A stretch of DNA of 64,000 nucleotides, taken from contig CAWJSK010000012.1 in assembly GCA_963845535.1 (NCBI GenBank), positions 160,001-224,000 on the forward strand, read 5' to 3'. Of the stretch, positions 28,947 to 39,454 are shown piece by piece (position 1 is the first letter of the stretch; every line of letters starts with the position of its first letter). The position numbers and the translations under genes are program-made. The notes below the pieces were generated by a model. The model saw only the letters and a program-made list of their open reading frames with translations. It was not told the origin of the DNA and did no database searches. The DNA is from an uncultured Spirochaetota bacterium (GTDB lineage: Bacteria; Spirochaetota; Spirochaetia; SZUA-6; Fen-1364).

Positions 28947-30365
28947 CTACGTGCCGGCCAGCTCGCGGACCCGCTCCACAAGGGTGGCTACTTCCCGCAT
29001 TGTCGTAGTGGGGCTCATGAACGCCAGGCGCAGGTATCTCTTCCCGTTGAGCTCAGCGGTGGAGAGATAGTGGGTTCCGCGTGAGATGAGGGCACTGCGA
29101 ATGGAAAGCTGCAGGTCATCCCCTCCCTCAACGCGGAAGCAGAGGATATTCGCCTGCGGCTCCACGGGGCATTCGAAACCGGGCTGCGCGCGATATGTAG
29201 CGGTACGCGTCGGCAGCCAGGGCAAACTGCCGCTCGACGTAGTCGGCAAGGCCGCGCTCTCCCAGCGCCGCAAGGACGGCAAAGAAGCGGAGCCCCAGCC
29301 CCGCCTTGGTGCATTCGACGGTACGGTGAATGAAATCGAAGCCCGGCTGTTCTTTGTCGTGGAAAAGGTAGCTCGCCTCCTGCTCGAAAGCGGCGTCGAG
29401 CGTGCGCGCGTCCTTGACCAAAACAGCGGCGCACAGCGTGGGAGTGCACATGAGCTTGTGCGCGTCCCAGACTACCGAGTCCGCGAGCTCGATCCCGGAA
29501 AGCAGATGGCGCAGGACCGGGCTTACAAGCGCGCTGGCACCGTGGGCGCCATCCACGTGCAGCCACACTCCGCGCTCCCGGCAGGCAACCCCAATCTCAG
29601 AAAGCGGGTCATAGATCCCAACTGCCGTGCTGCATGCGTTGGCAACGAGCGCAAAAGGCCTTCTCCCGTCATCCTGCACGCGCTGGAAGACAGGACCGAG
29701 CGCGTCGGGGATTACCCTCCCCCGTCCATCGACGGGAAGCTCGTAGATCGCCGCCCGGCCCATCCCCATGATGCCCGCAGCGCGCGCAATCGAATAATGC
29801 GACTCCGCCGGGGCCAAGAGCGCAAGGTCGGCCGGCGCGCCGTCTTTCCAGGTCCGCGGGGCAATCCGCCCGCGCGCGGCCAGAAGCGCGGTGAGGTTTG
29901 CCAGGGAACCCTCCATGGGTCAGGACCCCTCCTCCCGAGGCAGCCCCCTTCGACGGCCTGGCGCGGGGACGGCGCCGGCGCCCACCCCACTTTCTCCAGC
30001 ATCCAGTTGATGACGAAAAACTCGACTGCCGCGGCCGCGGGGCCCATCTCGTAGATCGCCATGGCGTTGTTCGTGAAGCCGTCGATCATTGCCGCTAGGG
30101 AGCCGGTCGGGTGAGGAGCGGCAACCTGGTGGGCGAGATACGACGGGTGATGCAGGCGCGTGGTGGATTCAAGGTAGCGGCGGAGGAACCGCATGAGCGT
30201 TCTCCCGCGCAAGCCTCCGCCCGCGGCAAGCCGCTTCAGCTCAAGCCCTTCCACGAGCTCTTCGATGGGGACTTGGTGAATGACGGGCCGCTCGCCGGCA
30301 ACGGACTGCCTGAGGAAACGGGCCAGCTCCCGTGAGACGATCCGGGCGTCGCGGGTGAAGCTCAT
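28947..30365 (-). CDS. Group II PLP-dependent decarboxylase with at least three indels (about 29935, 29908, 29195)
   Basis: YLAHQV, YEMGP, GGVLTHGGSLAN (reconstructed), WLHVDGAHG, DAHKLM, NILCFR. Confidence 0.8.
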
Positions 30366-31786
30366 TGTGCCGCCTGGGGCTGCGGCCTTCCGCCGCACGC
30401 GAGGATGGGGATAGCGGCTGCGCACACGAAGGCGGACAGCACGATGACGTTCCCGATGCCGTGCGCAAGCGGATTCCTCCCTGCCTCCATCACCGTTCCG
30501 CGGTTGCCCTCGAACCGGAGAAGAAGAGGAAGGAGAAGCGAGGCAAGCGCGATGCCGAGTGTCATGGCCAGGTTGCGCCCGGCAGCGGAAACACTGGAAG
30601 CGATGGCCGTCTGAGCGCGAGGAAGGGCGTTCATCATCTCCGTGTTGTTGGGGCTCTGAAACAAGGCGCTGCCCAGGGCCAGGAGCACGAACAATCCCCC
30701 CATGGCGCCGAAACCGAGCTGCTGCCGGGCGAGGAGTCCAAGGACCAAGAGGGAGGCGGCGGCGGCCGACACTCCAATGGTCCCGTAGTGGGCGAACCTG
30801 TGCCGGTCATACAGCCATCCGCTGGCAGGTGACGCCACCACCATGACCAAAGGCACGATCAGGAACACCATCCCGACCTGCGTCGGACGGAATCCCATGA
30901 CCCCTTCGAAGTAAAAGGGACCCACGATGTTGATCATGAAATTAGAGACAAAGAAGAGCATCATGGCGATGACCGGATACAGGAAAGCCTTATTGGAGAA
31001 GATGCGAAGGTCAAGCAGGGGCTGCCGCGCTGAGCGCTCACGAAGGATGAATCCCAGGGTCGACCCGACGAAAATGGCTCCAAGCACGAGCGCCGTGATG
31101 AACGTTCCCGTCATGGATTCGACCTGGGAGAGGAAAAGCATCAGGGAGAAAAGGGAGACAGCCAGCGTGGCGGCGCCTCCCCAGTCCATGTCGAGCTTCG
31201 GAGCGCGCTCTTCGCGGACCCTGAGAAAGATGATGGCGCAGGTCACAAGGACTATCCCGATGGGAACGTTGATCAGGAAGATGTACTGCCAGCCCAGCGT
31301 GTCAACCAGGATCCCTCCCAGGATCGGGCCCAGGATACTGCCAACCGCAATGGTGGACCCCATGTATCCCATGGCCCTCCCGCGCTCCTGCGGCGGGAAA
31401 GCCAGGAAAAGGATGGCGCCGCTGATGCTGAAAACCATGGCTCCGCCGACGGCCTGGATAACCCGAAAAGCAATGAGCTGGGTCAGGGAAGTGGACAACC
31501 CGCAGGCAAACGAAGCAAGGGTAAAGATGGAAAAACCCGTGATGAAGAGCGGGACTTTCCCGGTGAAGCCGGAAAGACGCCCGAAGAACAAAAGCAATGC
31601 GGTGAGGGTGACCATGTATCCGGTGATGGACCACTGGGAAAGCCCAAGATCCACGTGAAACGCCGCTGTGATGGTGGGAAGCGCGATATTCACGACAATG
31701 CCGTCCAGCACGGACATGAGGACGCCGACCAGAACGATGATCATGATGACGTACTTGTGGGAATTGCCCGAGGGCGCCTGAGACAT
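30362..31786 (-). CDS. MFS transporter (DHA2/EmrB-QacA type)
   Basis: LDGIVVNIALP, FRVIQAVGGA, IFLINVPIG, FQSPNN. Confidence 0.92.
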   Translation of the reverse strand: MSQAPSGNSHKYVIMIIVLVGVLMSVLDGIVVNIALPTITAAFHVDLGLSQWSITGYMVTLTALLLFFGRLSGFTGKVPLFITGFSIFTLASFACGLSTSLTQLIAFRVIQAVGGAMVFSISGAILFLAFPPQERGRAMGYMGSTIAVGSILGPILGGILVDTLGWQYIFLINVPIGIVLVTCAIIFLRVREERAPKLDMDWGGAATLAVSLFSLMLFLSQVESMTGTFITALVLGAIFVGSTLGFILRERSARQPLLDLRIFSNKAFLYPVIAMMLFFVSNFMINIVGPFYFEGVMGFRPTQVGMVFLIVPLVMVVASPASGWLYDRHRFAHYGTIGVSAAAASLLVLGLLARQQLGFGAMGGLFVLLALGSALFQSPNNTEMMNALPRAQTAIASSVSAAGRNLAMTLGIALASLLLPLLLRFEGNRGTVMEAGRNPLAHGIGNVIVLSAFVCAAAIPILACGGRPQPQAAQ

Positions 31787-31866
31787 TCTTATCCCTCCGT
31801 TGGTATGCCCGGACTATACAGGAATGGGGGATACCACGCCAGCGGACGGAACGTCCCGAAGCTGTC

Positions 31867-32355
31867 TCAGAATGCTCCTTTTCTCAGATTGATGCCGTGC
31901 TCCAGGTACGCTTTCAGGCAGCAGCTCATGTTCATCCATCCCTGGCAATTCCCATAGGATCCCTGCAGCCCTTCCTCTGTGGAACGCCATTCCCCCTCGA
32001 CGATCTTCACGAGCGTCTCATTCTTCCCCAGCGGCTCGAAGCTCATCTCCACGGTCGTGTCGTATCCGCCGGGATGCGGCGCAGAACCCGTGACCGGATC
32101 ATACAACCCTTCGCTGGCCGCCCAGGAGAACCGGATCAGCCTGTCCCGGACGGTCTTTGTCACCTTCACCGGGACGGTCACCGCCTGTGAGCCGGTGTCA
32201 CTGAAAGTCCACAGCACGGTCTTTCCTTCATCCAGCGGCCCATCCGATCCGCCGGTGGTGAAATACCCCCGCAGCTTCGCGGGATTATAGACGGCGTCGA
32301 ACACCTCATGGACGGGTTTCTGAATCTTGGTCTGTACGGTGAAACGCAGCTCCAT
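31867..32355 (-). CDS. SRPBCC/AHSA1 domain protein
   Basis: EVFDAVYNP, YFTTGG, CLKAYLEHGINLR. Confidence 0.85.
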   Translation of the reverse strand: MELRFTVQTKIQKPVHEVFDAVYNPAKLRGYFTTGGSDGPLDEGKTVLWTFSDTGSQAVTVPVKVTKTVRDRLIRFSWAASEGLYDPVTGSAPHPGGYDTTVEMSFEPLGKNETLVKIVEGEWRSTEEGLQGSYGNCQGWMNMSCCLKAYLEHGINLRKGAF

Positions 32356-32397
32356 GGGAACCTCCTTGCAGCCTCTCCCCTCTCCCGAAGAAAATAT

Positions 32398-32413
32398 GTT
32401 ATAATATTATAAC
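32398..32413. promoter_or_regulatory. Perfect 16-bp palindrome, probable ArsR operator
   Basis: GTTATAATATTATAAC between the divergent SRPBCC and ArsR genes, directly before the GTG start. Confidence 0.7.
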
Positions 32414-32737
32414 GTGTCAAGGAAAAAAAAAGATGACTTTGTCTTCAAGGCTCTCGCTGACGCCCGGCGCCGCCTCATGCTGGACCTCATGAAGGACGGC
32501 CCCAGGACCACGGGGGACATATGCAGCCGCTTCCCGCGGCTCGACCGCTGCACGGTGATGCAGCACCTCGGAGTGTTGGAAAAAGCGGACCTCATCATCG
32601 TGAAAAGGGACGGACGCAAGCGCTGGAACTATCTCAATCCGCTCCCCATCCGGGAGCTTCACGACCGATGGATCAGCCGCTACGCTTCCGGGGCAGTGGA
32701 CCTGCTGGCGCGGATGAAGCGGGAAATTGAAACGTAA
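32414..32737 (+). CDS. ArsR/SmtB family transcriptional regulator
   Basis: VFKALADARRR, TVMQHLGVLE, RWNYLN. Confidence 0.9.
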   Translation: MSRKKKDDFVFKALADARRRLMLDLMKDGPRTTGDICSRFPRLDRCTVMQHLGVLEKADLIIVKRDGRKRWNYLNPLPIRELHDRWISRYASGAVDLLARMKREIET

Positions 32738-32740
32738 GGG

Positions 32741-33106
32741 TCAGGCGAACCAGCTCGCGGCTCGGGCTGAGAACAGGCGCTCGGCCATCTCCCGGCGCGC
32801 GTCGATTTCCATCTGGTAGGCGGCCGCTGCGACCTGGCGCAGCGCGGGGGAAGAGGCATTCGCTGAAGCGATCTGGAGAAGCATCTCCGCCTGCATGATG
32901 ACCGCCTGGGGAGAAGCTGCGGAGAGACTCGATGAAGCCGCGGTAAGCCGTGATGCAATTGACGGGCCCGCCGAACGCGGCGCAGGAGCGGGCGTGCCGG
33001 TGAGGCCAGGCGAACGAGGCGCCGGTCCGCGCAACGCCTGCGGGATGGGTCGAGGTGCCGTGCGCTCTCCCGTCACGAGCGCGCCAGTCATTCCGAGAGG
33101 ACTCAC
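32741..33106 (-). CDS. Small hypothetical protein (C-terminus resembles SprA-related helical motif)
   Basis: RBS GGAGGG; Pro-rich N-half; PQAVIMQAE..RQVAAAAYQMEIDARRE. Confidence 0.5.
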   Translation of the reverse strand: MSPLGMTGALVTGERTAPRPIPQALRGPAPRSPGLTGTPAPAPRSAGPSIASRLTAASSSLSAASPQAVIMQAEMLLQIASANASSPALRQVAAAAYQMEIDARREMAERLFSARAASWFA

Positions 33107-33246
33107 TGGATTCCCTCCCTACCCGAAAGTCTTCTCTACGATGAGTATACACGAACGGGCGGCAATCAACAATCGTTCGTTCGGCGCGCTCCTCGCGCTT
33201 CTGCATCCTTTGCCCGCCCCGGGTTTGTTTGTATCTTTTCTGTGAA

Positions 33247-34320
33247 ATGCGAGACATCATGGAGGACGTCCAGCGCTGGCTCGACTCGGGCGAGCAGCAT
33301 ATCGTTCTCGCGACCGTCACAAAGACCTACAACTCCGCCCCACGGGCCGCAGGCTCGAAAATGGCCATCCGCGCAGACGGCAGAATCACCGGTTCCGTCA
33401 GCGGCGGATGCGTTGAGTCGGCGGTCATCGAAGAAAGTCTGCGGATGGCCACGGGCCAGCCTCCGAGGATCCTTCACTTCGAGACAGCCGATGAGAGAGC
33501 CTGGGAGGTGGGGCTTCCCTGCGGCGGAAGCATCGATGTTCTGGTCGAGCAGTTGAACGTGCAGCACTTCCGGTTCCTGAGGGAGAAGTTGCTTCAAAAC
33601 GAGCAAGCCATCGCGGCCACCATAATCCGGGGACCCCGAGAGCTTCTTGGAGAGAAGATCGCGGTTTCCCGGTCCGGGGAGCGGCTCAGCGCGGCCCGTA
33701 CGACGCTGGCTGAGCAGCTCAGGCGCGCCGCTTCCCAGCAGACCCGCTCCGCGACGGTCGACATGGGCGACGGGTTGGAAGCCTTCGTGGACGTTTTTCC
33801 GCCGGCGACAACCCTGGTCATTGTCGGCGGGGTCCATGTTGGTGTGGCGCTGGCGCGACTGGCCAAGATCATCGGATACCGGACAGTCGTGATCGACCCT
33901 CGAAAGACCTTTGGAAACGCCGAGCGTTTCCCGGAGGTCGACCGACTCCTCCAGGTCTGGCCCGATGAGGCTTATGCGATGATGGAGCTGACGCCGGAGA
34001 CCGCCGTTTCGGTGCTCACGCATGATCCCAAGCTGGACGACCCTGCGCTCGCGGGAGCGCTGCGGAGCCAGGCGTTTTATGTCGGAGCGTTGGGAAGCGC
34101 GCGTGCCCAGGCGCAGAGGCGGAAGAGACTCCAGCAGGCGGGCTTTTCACAGGCTGAGCTTTCCCGCATCCACGGCCCCATTGGGCTCGATATTCACGCG
34201 GCGACCCCGGAAGAAATCAGCCTCTCCATCCTCTCCGAGATCGTTGCCCTCACGCGAGGGGCAGCCGCCCTGCTTTCTCAACGCGCGGCGCGACGCAGCT
34301 CCATGAGCACCATTTCCTGA
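33247..34320 (+). CDS. xdhC: XdhC/CoxI family molybdoenzyme maturation factor
   Basis: SAPRAAG, GSVSGGCVE, GLPCGG, THDPKLD, YVGALGS, IHGPIGLDI. Confidence 0.92.
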   Translation: MRDIMEDVQRWLDSGEQHIVLATVTKTYNSAPRAAGSKMAIRADGRITGSVSGGCVESAVIEESLRMATGQPPRILHFETADERAWEVGLPCGGSIDVLVEQLNVQHFRFLREKLLQNEQAIAATIIRGPRELLGEKIAVSRSGERLSAARTTLAEQLRRAASQQTRSATVDMGDGLEAFVDVFPPATTLVIVGGVHVGVALARLAKIIGYRTVVIDPRKTFGNAERFPEVDRLLQVWPDEAYAMMELTPETAVSVLTHDPKLDDPALAGALRSQAFYVGALGSARAQAQRRKRLQQAGFSQAELSRIHGPIGLDIHAATPEEISLSILSEIVALTRGAAALLSQRAARRSSMSTIS

Positions 34321-37076
34321 TCGATCGGCAGTCGATCCACGCGTACGCCGACGGCGTTCCAGAGGGCGTTCGTGATCGCGGGGGCGGTGGGGATGGAGAC
34401 GATCTCTCCGACACCCTTGGCCCCGAAAGGTCCGGTGGAAACCGGATGCTCAACGACAAGGGAGACGATCTCGGGGACATCACCGATGCACGGAATGCGA
34501 TACCGCGCCAGGCGGTCGGTGATCACGTTCCCGCCCTCCACGATGAAGCGCTCGGTCAAAGCGTGCCCCAACCCCATAATTGCCCCGCCTTCGATTTGCG
34601 CGCGCAGGCCGAGCGGGTTGATGACCGCCCCGACGTCGTTTGCGCTGATGATTCTCGTTACGCGCACCTGCCCTGTCAGCGTGTTGACCTCCACCTCGGC
34701 GGCCTGCGCGGCGAATGAAAAGGCAAAATGCATGTCGCCTTCTTCCCCGAGGGGCCGGGTCGAAGGCGCGCTGTAGCTCGCCGAAGCGCGAGGCGTTCGT
34801 CCCCAATCGATCATGCGTTCCGCCACCTCGAAAAAGGTGAATGACAGGTCGCCGGCGGAAACGGTCCCCTCGGAGACGCGTACGTCTTCAGCGGGCACGG
34901 CATAGCGACGCGAAAGCTCGCCGCACATCAGCGCACGGAGTGCCGCGGCGCTTTGCCGGACCGAGTTCCCCGTGACGTAGGTCTGGCGTGACGCAGTGGT
35001 TGGCCCGCCGTCCGGCGTGAGATCCGTGTCCGAAAGAAGCACGCGCACATGTTCGGGGGAAACGCCGAGCTCTTCGGCGGCGATCAGTTGGAGCACCGTA
35101 GGAAGCCCCTGGCCAAGCTCCGCCGAGGAACAACGGACTTCGAAGCTGCCGTCTCGAAGGAGCTCCACTTCCGAGGTGGCGCCGTCCGGCGCGCCTCCCC
35201 CCAAACCGGTGTTCTTGTAGGCGGCGGCAAAGCCCCACGCTCGGCGCAGATAGGGCATCCCGGGAATCTCCTTGGGGGCGAAAGGGTCGGGACCCCCGAG
35301 GCGCATCATTTCCGCTTCCACGCGGTCGATGCACTCCAGAAGGCCGACGCTTTCGCGGAGAAGCTGGCCGGTGTTGGTGACGCTTCCTGGACGCAACGCG
35401 TTGATACGCCGGAGCTCCACGGGATCAAGATGGAGCAGCTCGGCCAGCATGTCCATCGCGCTCTCGATGGCAAATGCCGATTGCAGGACGCCAAAGCCGC
35501 GAAACGCCCCGGCAGGAGGGTTGTTCGTGAACATGGCAAAACAATCCACCTTGACGTTCGGAACCGCGTACGGGCCGGATGAGTGGGTGGTGGCCCGTGT
35601 CATCACTTTCTCCCCGAGTGAAGCGTAGGCTCCGGTGTCCCCGTACAACTCGGTTTCACACGCGGTGAGTCTTCCCTCCCGCGTCGAACCGACCTTGACG
35701 CGGATCTGCGTTGCATGGCGTTTGGGATGCACCAGGAGGCTTTCGCGCCGATCGAAAAGAAGCTTCACCGGCCTCCGAGTGGCCCGAGCGAGCAAGGCGG
35801 CGTGTATCTGCCCGGCAATGTCTTCTTTGCCGCCGAAACCTCCCCCGATCAACTGGCCGACAACGCGCACCTGGCTCTCGGGAGCTCCGAGGGCGGCCGC
35901 GACCTGTCGTCGATCGTCGTAGGGGATCTGAGAACCGACGTACACCTCCATGCGTCCCTCGGACGTGGGACGGGCGATGCTGCACTCCGGTTCCAGAAAA
36001 GCATGATCGTACGAGGGGGTGTGAAAAGTATGATCGAGGACCACGTCGGCCTCCGCAAAGCCGAGCTCCACGTCCCCCTTTTTCACCTCGATGTGCTTGA
36101 GCAGGTTGCCGTTCGGATGGATGGCGGGAGCAGAGGATTGAAGCGCCTCCCGCGGACCTCTGACGACCGGCAATGGGTCGAACTCCACGTCGATCAGCGC
36201 AAGCGCCCGGCTCGCGATGTCCCGCGTCTCCGCGGCCACGAGCGCAAGGGCGTCGCCGACGGTGCGCACTTTCTCACCGGCCCCCACGAGGATGGGCCAG
36301 TCCTGCACGATGATGCCGTGGTTATGGTCTCCGGGAATGTCGGGGGCCGTGAGCACGGCGGCCACACCGGGAAGCGCTTTCGCCCGGCTGACGTCGATTT
36401 TGCGCACGACGGCAGAAGGCACCATGGCCCGCTTCACCCGGGCGTGGAGCATCCCCGGGAATGTGAGATCATCGGTATAGATCGCCTTGCCGGTGACTTT
36501 GTCGATCCCATCCATGCGCGGAACGAGCTTTCCCACCGAACGGTGCGGAATGCGGGACTGCGGAATATCAGGAGGCAGCCCGACCGGCACGCCGTCCTTG
36601 AGGGAACGGGCCGCGGCCCGAACGGCGCGAATGATCCCCGAATAGCCTCCGCATCGGCAGAGGGTGTCCTTGAGCGCTACCTTGATGTCTTCTTCGCTGG
36701 GATCGGGATTCTCGCGAAGCAGGGCGTATGCGGTCATGAGCTGCCCGGGAGTGCAGAAGCCGCACTGAACGGCGCCGTATTTCACGAACGCGTCCTGGAG
36801 CGGATGGATGCCGGTGGATGGGGGCTGCATTTTCCCCAGGCCTTCGATCGTGATCACTTCTTTTCCGGGCGCTTTGGACGCGGGATAGCCGCAGGAAAGG
36901 ACCGGCCGCCCATCCACAAGCACCGTGCAGACGCCGCACTCCAGCTCGTTACAGCCGATTTTCGTGCCGGTGAGCCGAAGCCGGGAGCGCAGCAGGTCCG
37001 CGAGCATTTCACCGGGCTGCTCGTCAAGAACGACTGTGGCGCCGTTGACGGTGAGCTTGATCGTACCGGCCATCAC
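34278..37076 (-). CDS. Xanthine dehydrogenase-family protein, fused 2Fe-2S and molybdopterin-binding subunits
   Basis: GCNELECGVCTV, QCGFCTPG, CRCGGY, GGGFGGKE, AFRGFG, GAKGVGE. Confidence 0.92.
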   Translation of the reverse strand: MMAGTIKLTVNGATVVLDEQPGEMLADLLRSRLRLTGTKIGCNELECGVCTVLVDGRPVLSCGYPASKAPGKEVITIEGLGKMQPPSTGIHPLQDAFVKYGAVQCGFCTPGQLMTAYALLRENPDPSEEDIKVALKDTLCRCGGYSGIIRAVRAAARSLKDGVPVGLPPDIPQSRIPHRSVGKLVPRMDGIDKVTGKAIYTDDLTFPGMLHARVKRAMVPSAVVRKIDVSRAKALPGVAAVLTAPDIPGDHNHGIIVQDWPILVGAGEKVRTVGDALALVAAETRDIASRALALIDVEFDPLPVVRGPREALQSSAPAIHPNGNLLKHIEVKKGDVELGFAEADVVLDHTFHTPSYDHAFLEPECSIARPTSEGRMEVYVGSQIPYDDRRQVAAALGAPESQVRVVGQLIGGGFGGKEDIAGQIHAALLARATRRPVKLLFDRRESLLVHPKRHATQIRVKVGSTREGRLTACETELYGDTGAYASLGEKVMTRATTHSSGPYAVPNVKVDCFAMFTNNPPAGAFRGFGVLQSAFAIESAMDMLAELLHLDPVELRRINALRPGSVTNTGQLLRESVGLLECIDRVEAEMMRLGGPDPFAPKEIPGMPYLRRAWGFAAAYKNTGLGGGAPDGATSEVELLRDGSFEVRCSSAELGQGLPTVLQLIAAEELGVSPEHVRVLLSDTDLTPDGGPTTASRQTYVTGNSVRQSAAALRALMCGELSRRYAVPAEDVRVSEGTVSAGDLSFTFFEVAERMIDWGRTPRASASYSAPSTRPLGEEGDMHFAFSFAAQAAEVEVNTLTGQVRVTRIISANDVGAVINPLGLRAQIEGGAIMGLGHALTERFIVEGGNVITDRLARYRIPCIGDVPEIVSLVVEHPVSTGPFGAKGVGEIVSIPTAPAITNALWNAVGVRVDRLPIDQEMVLMELRRAAR

Positions 37077-37963
37077 GCCGCCATTTCGACCATCCCGGCG
37101 CTCTCCCAGGCCCGTGCGACAATGCGCTGCAACAGGACCTCGCTCAGCAGATAGCGGTAGTCAGCGGTTGCCCGTTGAGGGCTTGTGCGCAGATGCAAGG
37201 AAGTCCTGATCATCCGGAGCATCCCCTCCGCGCTTCTCTCGTCGAGTCTCTTTCCCCGAAGGGCGTTCTCCAGCTCCGCGGCACGGAGAGGAACGGGTCC
37301 CGCGGGGGCCACGACTATCCGAATATCGTGGATGCGCTCTTCACGCCGCTCCAGCCAGACAGCGGCGTTCAGAATGGGGAGGGCCACGCCTTGCGGCCTC
37401 ATGATCCGGTCAAAAGCGGAAGACTGCCCCGCGCGGCGCGCGGGGATGTGGAAGCCGACCAGGATCTCGCGGCCGGCAGCCAGCGTTGATTCGCCTGGTC
37501 CGCGATAGAGATCGAGAAGCGGGACGAGACGGCGGCCGCGGGAGTCGGCAATCTCCACTTCAGCTCCCATGGCAACCAGCGCCGTTGTTCCGTCCGCGGC
37601 AGGCAACGCGCGCGCAACGTTGCCGCCGAGGGTGGCGGAGGTCCGCACCTGGGGCCCGCCCATCATGTCGCAGGCCTGAGCAACCGCTCGCGCATGCTCG
37701 CAGACAAGAGGGTGCTGCGGGATTTCGCGCACCGGGACCGCGGCGCCCAGGAAAAGACCTTCACCACGCAGCTCGATGCTGCGCAGCTCGGGAATTGCCG
37801 AGATGTCCACAAGCGTGTGTACGGGAGCGTGAAGACCGAGCTGCAGCTCGAGGAGGAGATCAGTCCCGCCTGCAACGGGGCAAGCCAGACCTTCCGTCTC
37901 CTGCATGACCTCGAGCGCCTCCTCAACGGAACCGGCGGGGATGTAACGTGACCAGAGACTCAT
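37073..37963 (-). CDS. Xanthine dehydrogenase-family FAD-binding subunit
   Basis: AGGTDL, QVRTSATLGGNV..ALPAAD; RBS GGAGG before ATG 37963. Confidence 0.9.
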   Translation of the reverse strand: MSLWSRYIPAGSVEEALEVMQETEGLACPVAGGTDLLLELQLGLHAPVHTLVDISAIPELRSIELRGEGLFLGAAVPVREIPQHPLVCEHARAVAQACDMMGGPQVRTSATLGGNVARALPAADGTTALVAMGAEVEIADSRGRRLVPLLDLYRGPGESTLAAGREILVGFHIPARRAGQSSAFDRIMRPQGVALPILNAAVWLERREERIHDIRIVVAPAGPVPLRAAELENALRGKRLDERSAEGMLRMIRTSLHLRTSPQRATADYRYLLSEVLLQRIVARAWESAGMVEMAA

Positions 37964-38164
37964 ATCGGTGGACCTCCTTCCAGAGGATGGCGGCACTTTT
38001 CGACGGATTTCTTGATCCGACGCCGGCACGGACTCCCGTGACGACCACCGATTTTGAGAACCGCTCTAATACATTACCACTTTGGTCAGGAATTAGCAAT
38101 GCACAAATTACCCAAACACGAACGCCCATCTGGGAAGTGCACCCGCAGGCCGTCCTGGGCCTTT

Positions 38165-39442
38165 TCACCTGATGCTCTGCACGGTGTCCTTTGCGGGGTC
38201 GAAGCTGATGAATCGCTTGAATGACTGGAGAAACATGAACGGCATGCCGACAACGATTGTCACCGCGAAACACGCGCCCATGAGAAATGGGATTGGAATG
38301 AACTCCGCCAGGACACCCGCAAGGGCGAATGCCACGGGGGTCAGCCCCTGCGTCACCATTCCCATGAGGGAGAAGACCTTGCCGCGCATGTTCTGGGGAA
38401 CCGCGAGTTGCATGACAGACATGATGAAAACGTTCAACACGGCGTTCGCAAGGCCCGAGATCCCCAGAAGCGTGACGGCAACAGGAAAGCTTCCCACGAA
38501 TGGAAAGACGATCATGCAGGCAAATGAGGTGATGCCGCAGAGCTGGAACAGGAAGAATCGCAGGGACGGCCGGATCTTCACCACCGCCGTGAGGGCCATG
38601 CCGAGGAACATGCCGCCCGTGAACAACGCCATGGCAATCCCATACTTCACAGGCCCGAGTGCCGGGTTCTTCTGATAGAAGGGGAGAAAGAGCATGAAAG
38701 CCATGTTGGCGAAGAAGTTGATCACGGCGGCAATCAGGATGAGGTAGCGGAGACCGCGGATCTTCCAGACGAAGGACAAACCCTTTTTCAGATCTGTCCA
38801 GAAGTGGGCCTTTTCATGGGCGTGCTGGATCCGGGGAAACCTTGCAAAAAGCAGGTTCACAGCGGAGAACAGGTAGGACACGCCGTTGAAAAGAAAAAGG
38901 AATGGGGCGCCCAGGACCTGGAAAAGCACCCCACCCGCCGTGTTGCCAATGATACTCCCTCCCGTCTGCAGCATGCTGAAGACGGAGTTGGCCTGCACGA
39001 CTTTGGACGGCGACGTGATATCAGGGATGACGGAGCCGACTGCGGGAGTGAAGAAAGCGCCGCAAAGTCCCAGAATGATCCCAGCGGCAAAGACCATCCA
39101 CACCTGGAGAAAGCCGGCAACGGCAGCAACTCCCACAGCCACGACGGCCGCGCCTCGCGCCGAGTCCATCCAGATCATGAGCATCCGGCGGTCGGCCCTG
39201 TCGACAATGACGCCCGCCACCGGCGCGGCCAGGATGCGCGGGAGCGTGGAGGCTGCCAGCAGTCCGCCCATCAGCGCCGTGGATCCTGTGACGGCGAGCA
39301 CCCAAAAGCCCAGAGCAATCGCGTAGACAACGTCTCCGAGGACCGAGATGAGCTGGCCCTGCCACAGGAGAAAGAAGTTGAGGGTCCAGAGCGGCTCGCG
39401 TCCGCCCGTGTGCGCCCTTTGGGAATCCGCTACGTCTGCCAT
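38165..39442 (-). CDS. MFS transporter (DHA3/MefA-like)
   Basis: FFLLWQGQLIS, AGVIVDRADRR, MRGKVFS. Confidence 0.9.
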   Translation of the reverse strand: MADVADSQRAHTGGREPLWTLNFFLLWQGQLISVLGDVVYAIALGFWVLAVTGSTALMGGLLAASTLPRILAAPVAGVIVDRADRRMLMIWMDSARGAAVVAVGVAAVAGFLQVWMVFAAGIILGLCGAFFTPAVGSVIPDITSPSKVVQANSVFSMLQTGGSIIGNTAGGVLFQVLGAPFLFLFNGVSYLFSAVNLLFARFPRIQHAHEKAHFWTDLKKGLSFVWKIRGLRYLILIAAVINFFANMAFMLFLPFYQKNPALGPVKYGIAMALFTGGMFLGMALTAVVKIRPSLRFFLFQLCGITSFACMIVFPFVGSFPVAVTLLGISGLANAVLNVFIMSVMQLAVPQNMRGKVFSLMGMVTQGLTPVAFALAGVLAEFIPIPFLMGACFAVTIVVGMPFMFLQSFKRFISFDPAKDTVQSIR

Positions 39443-39454
39443 GGCGACCCCGCC

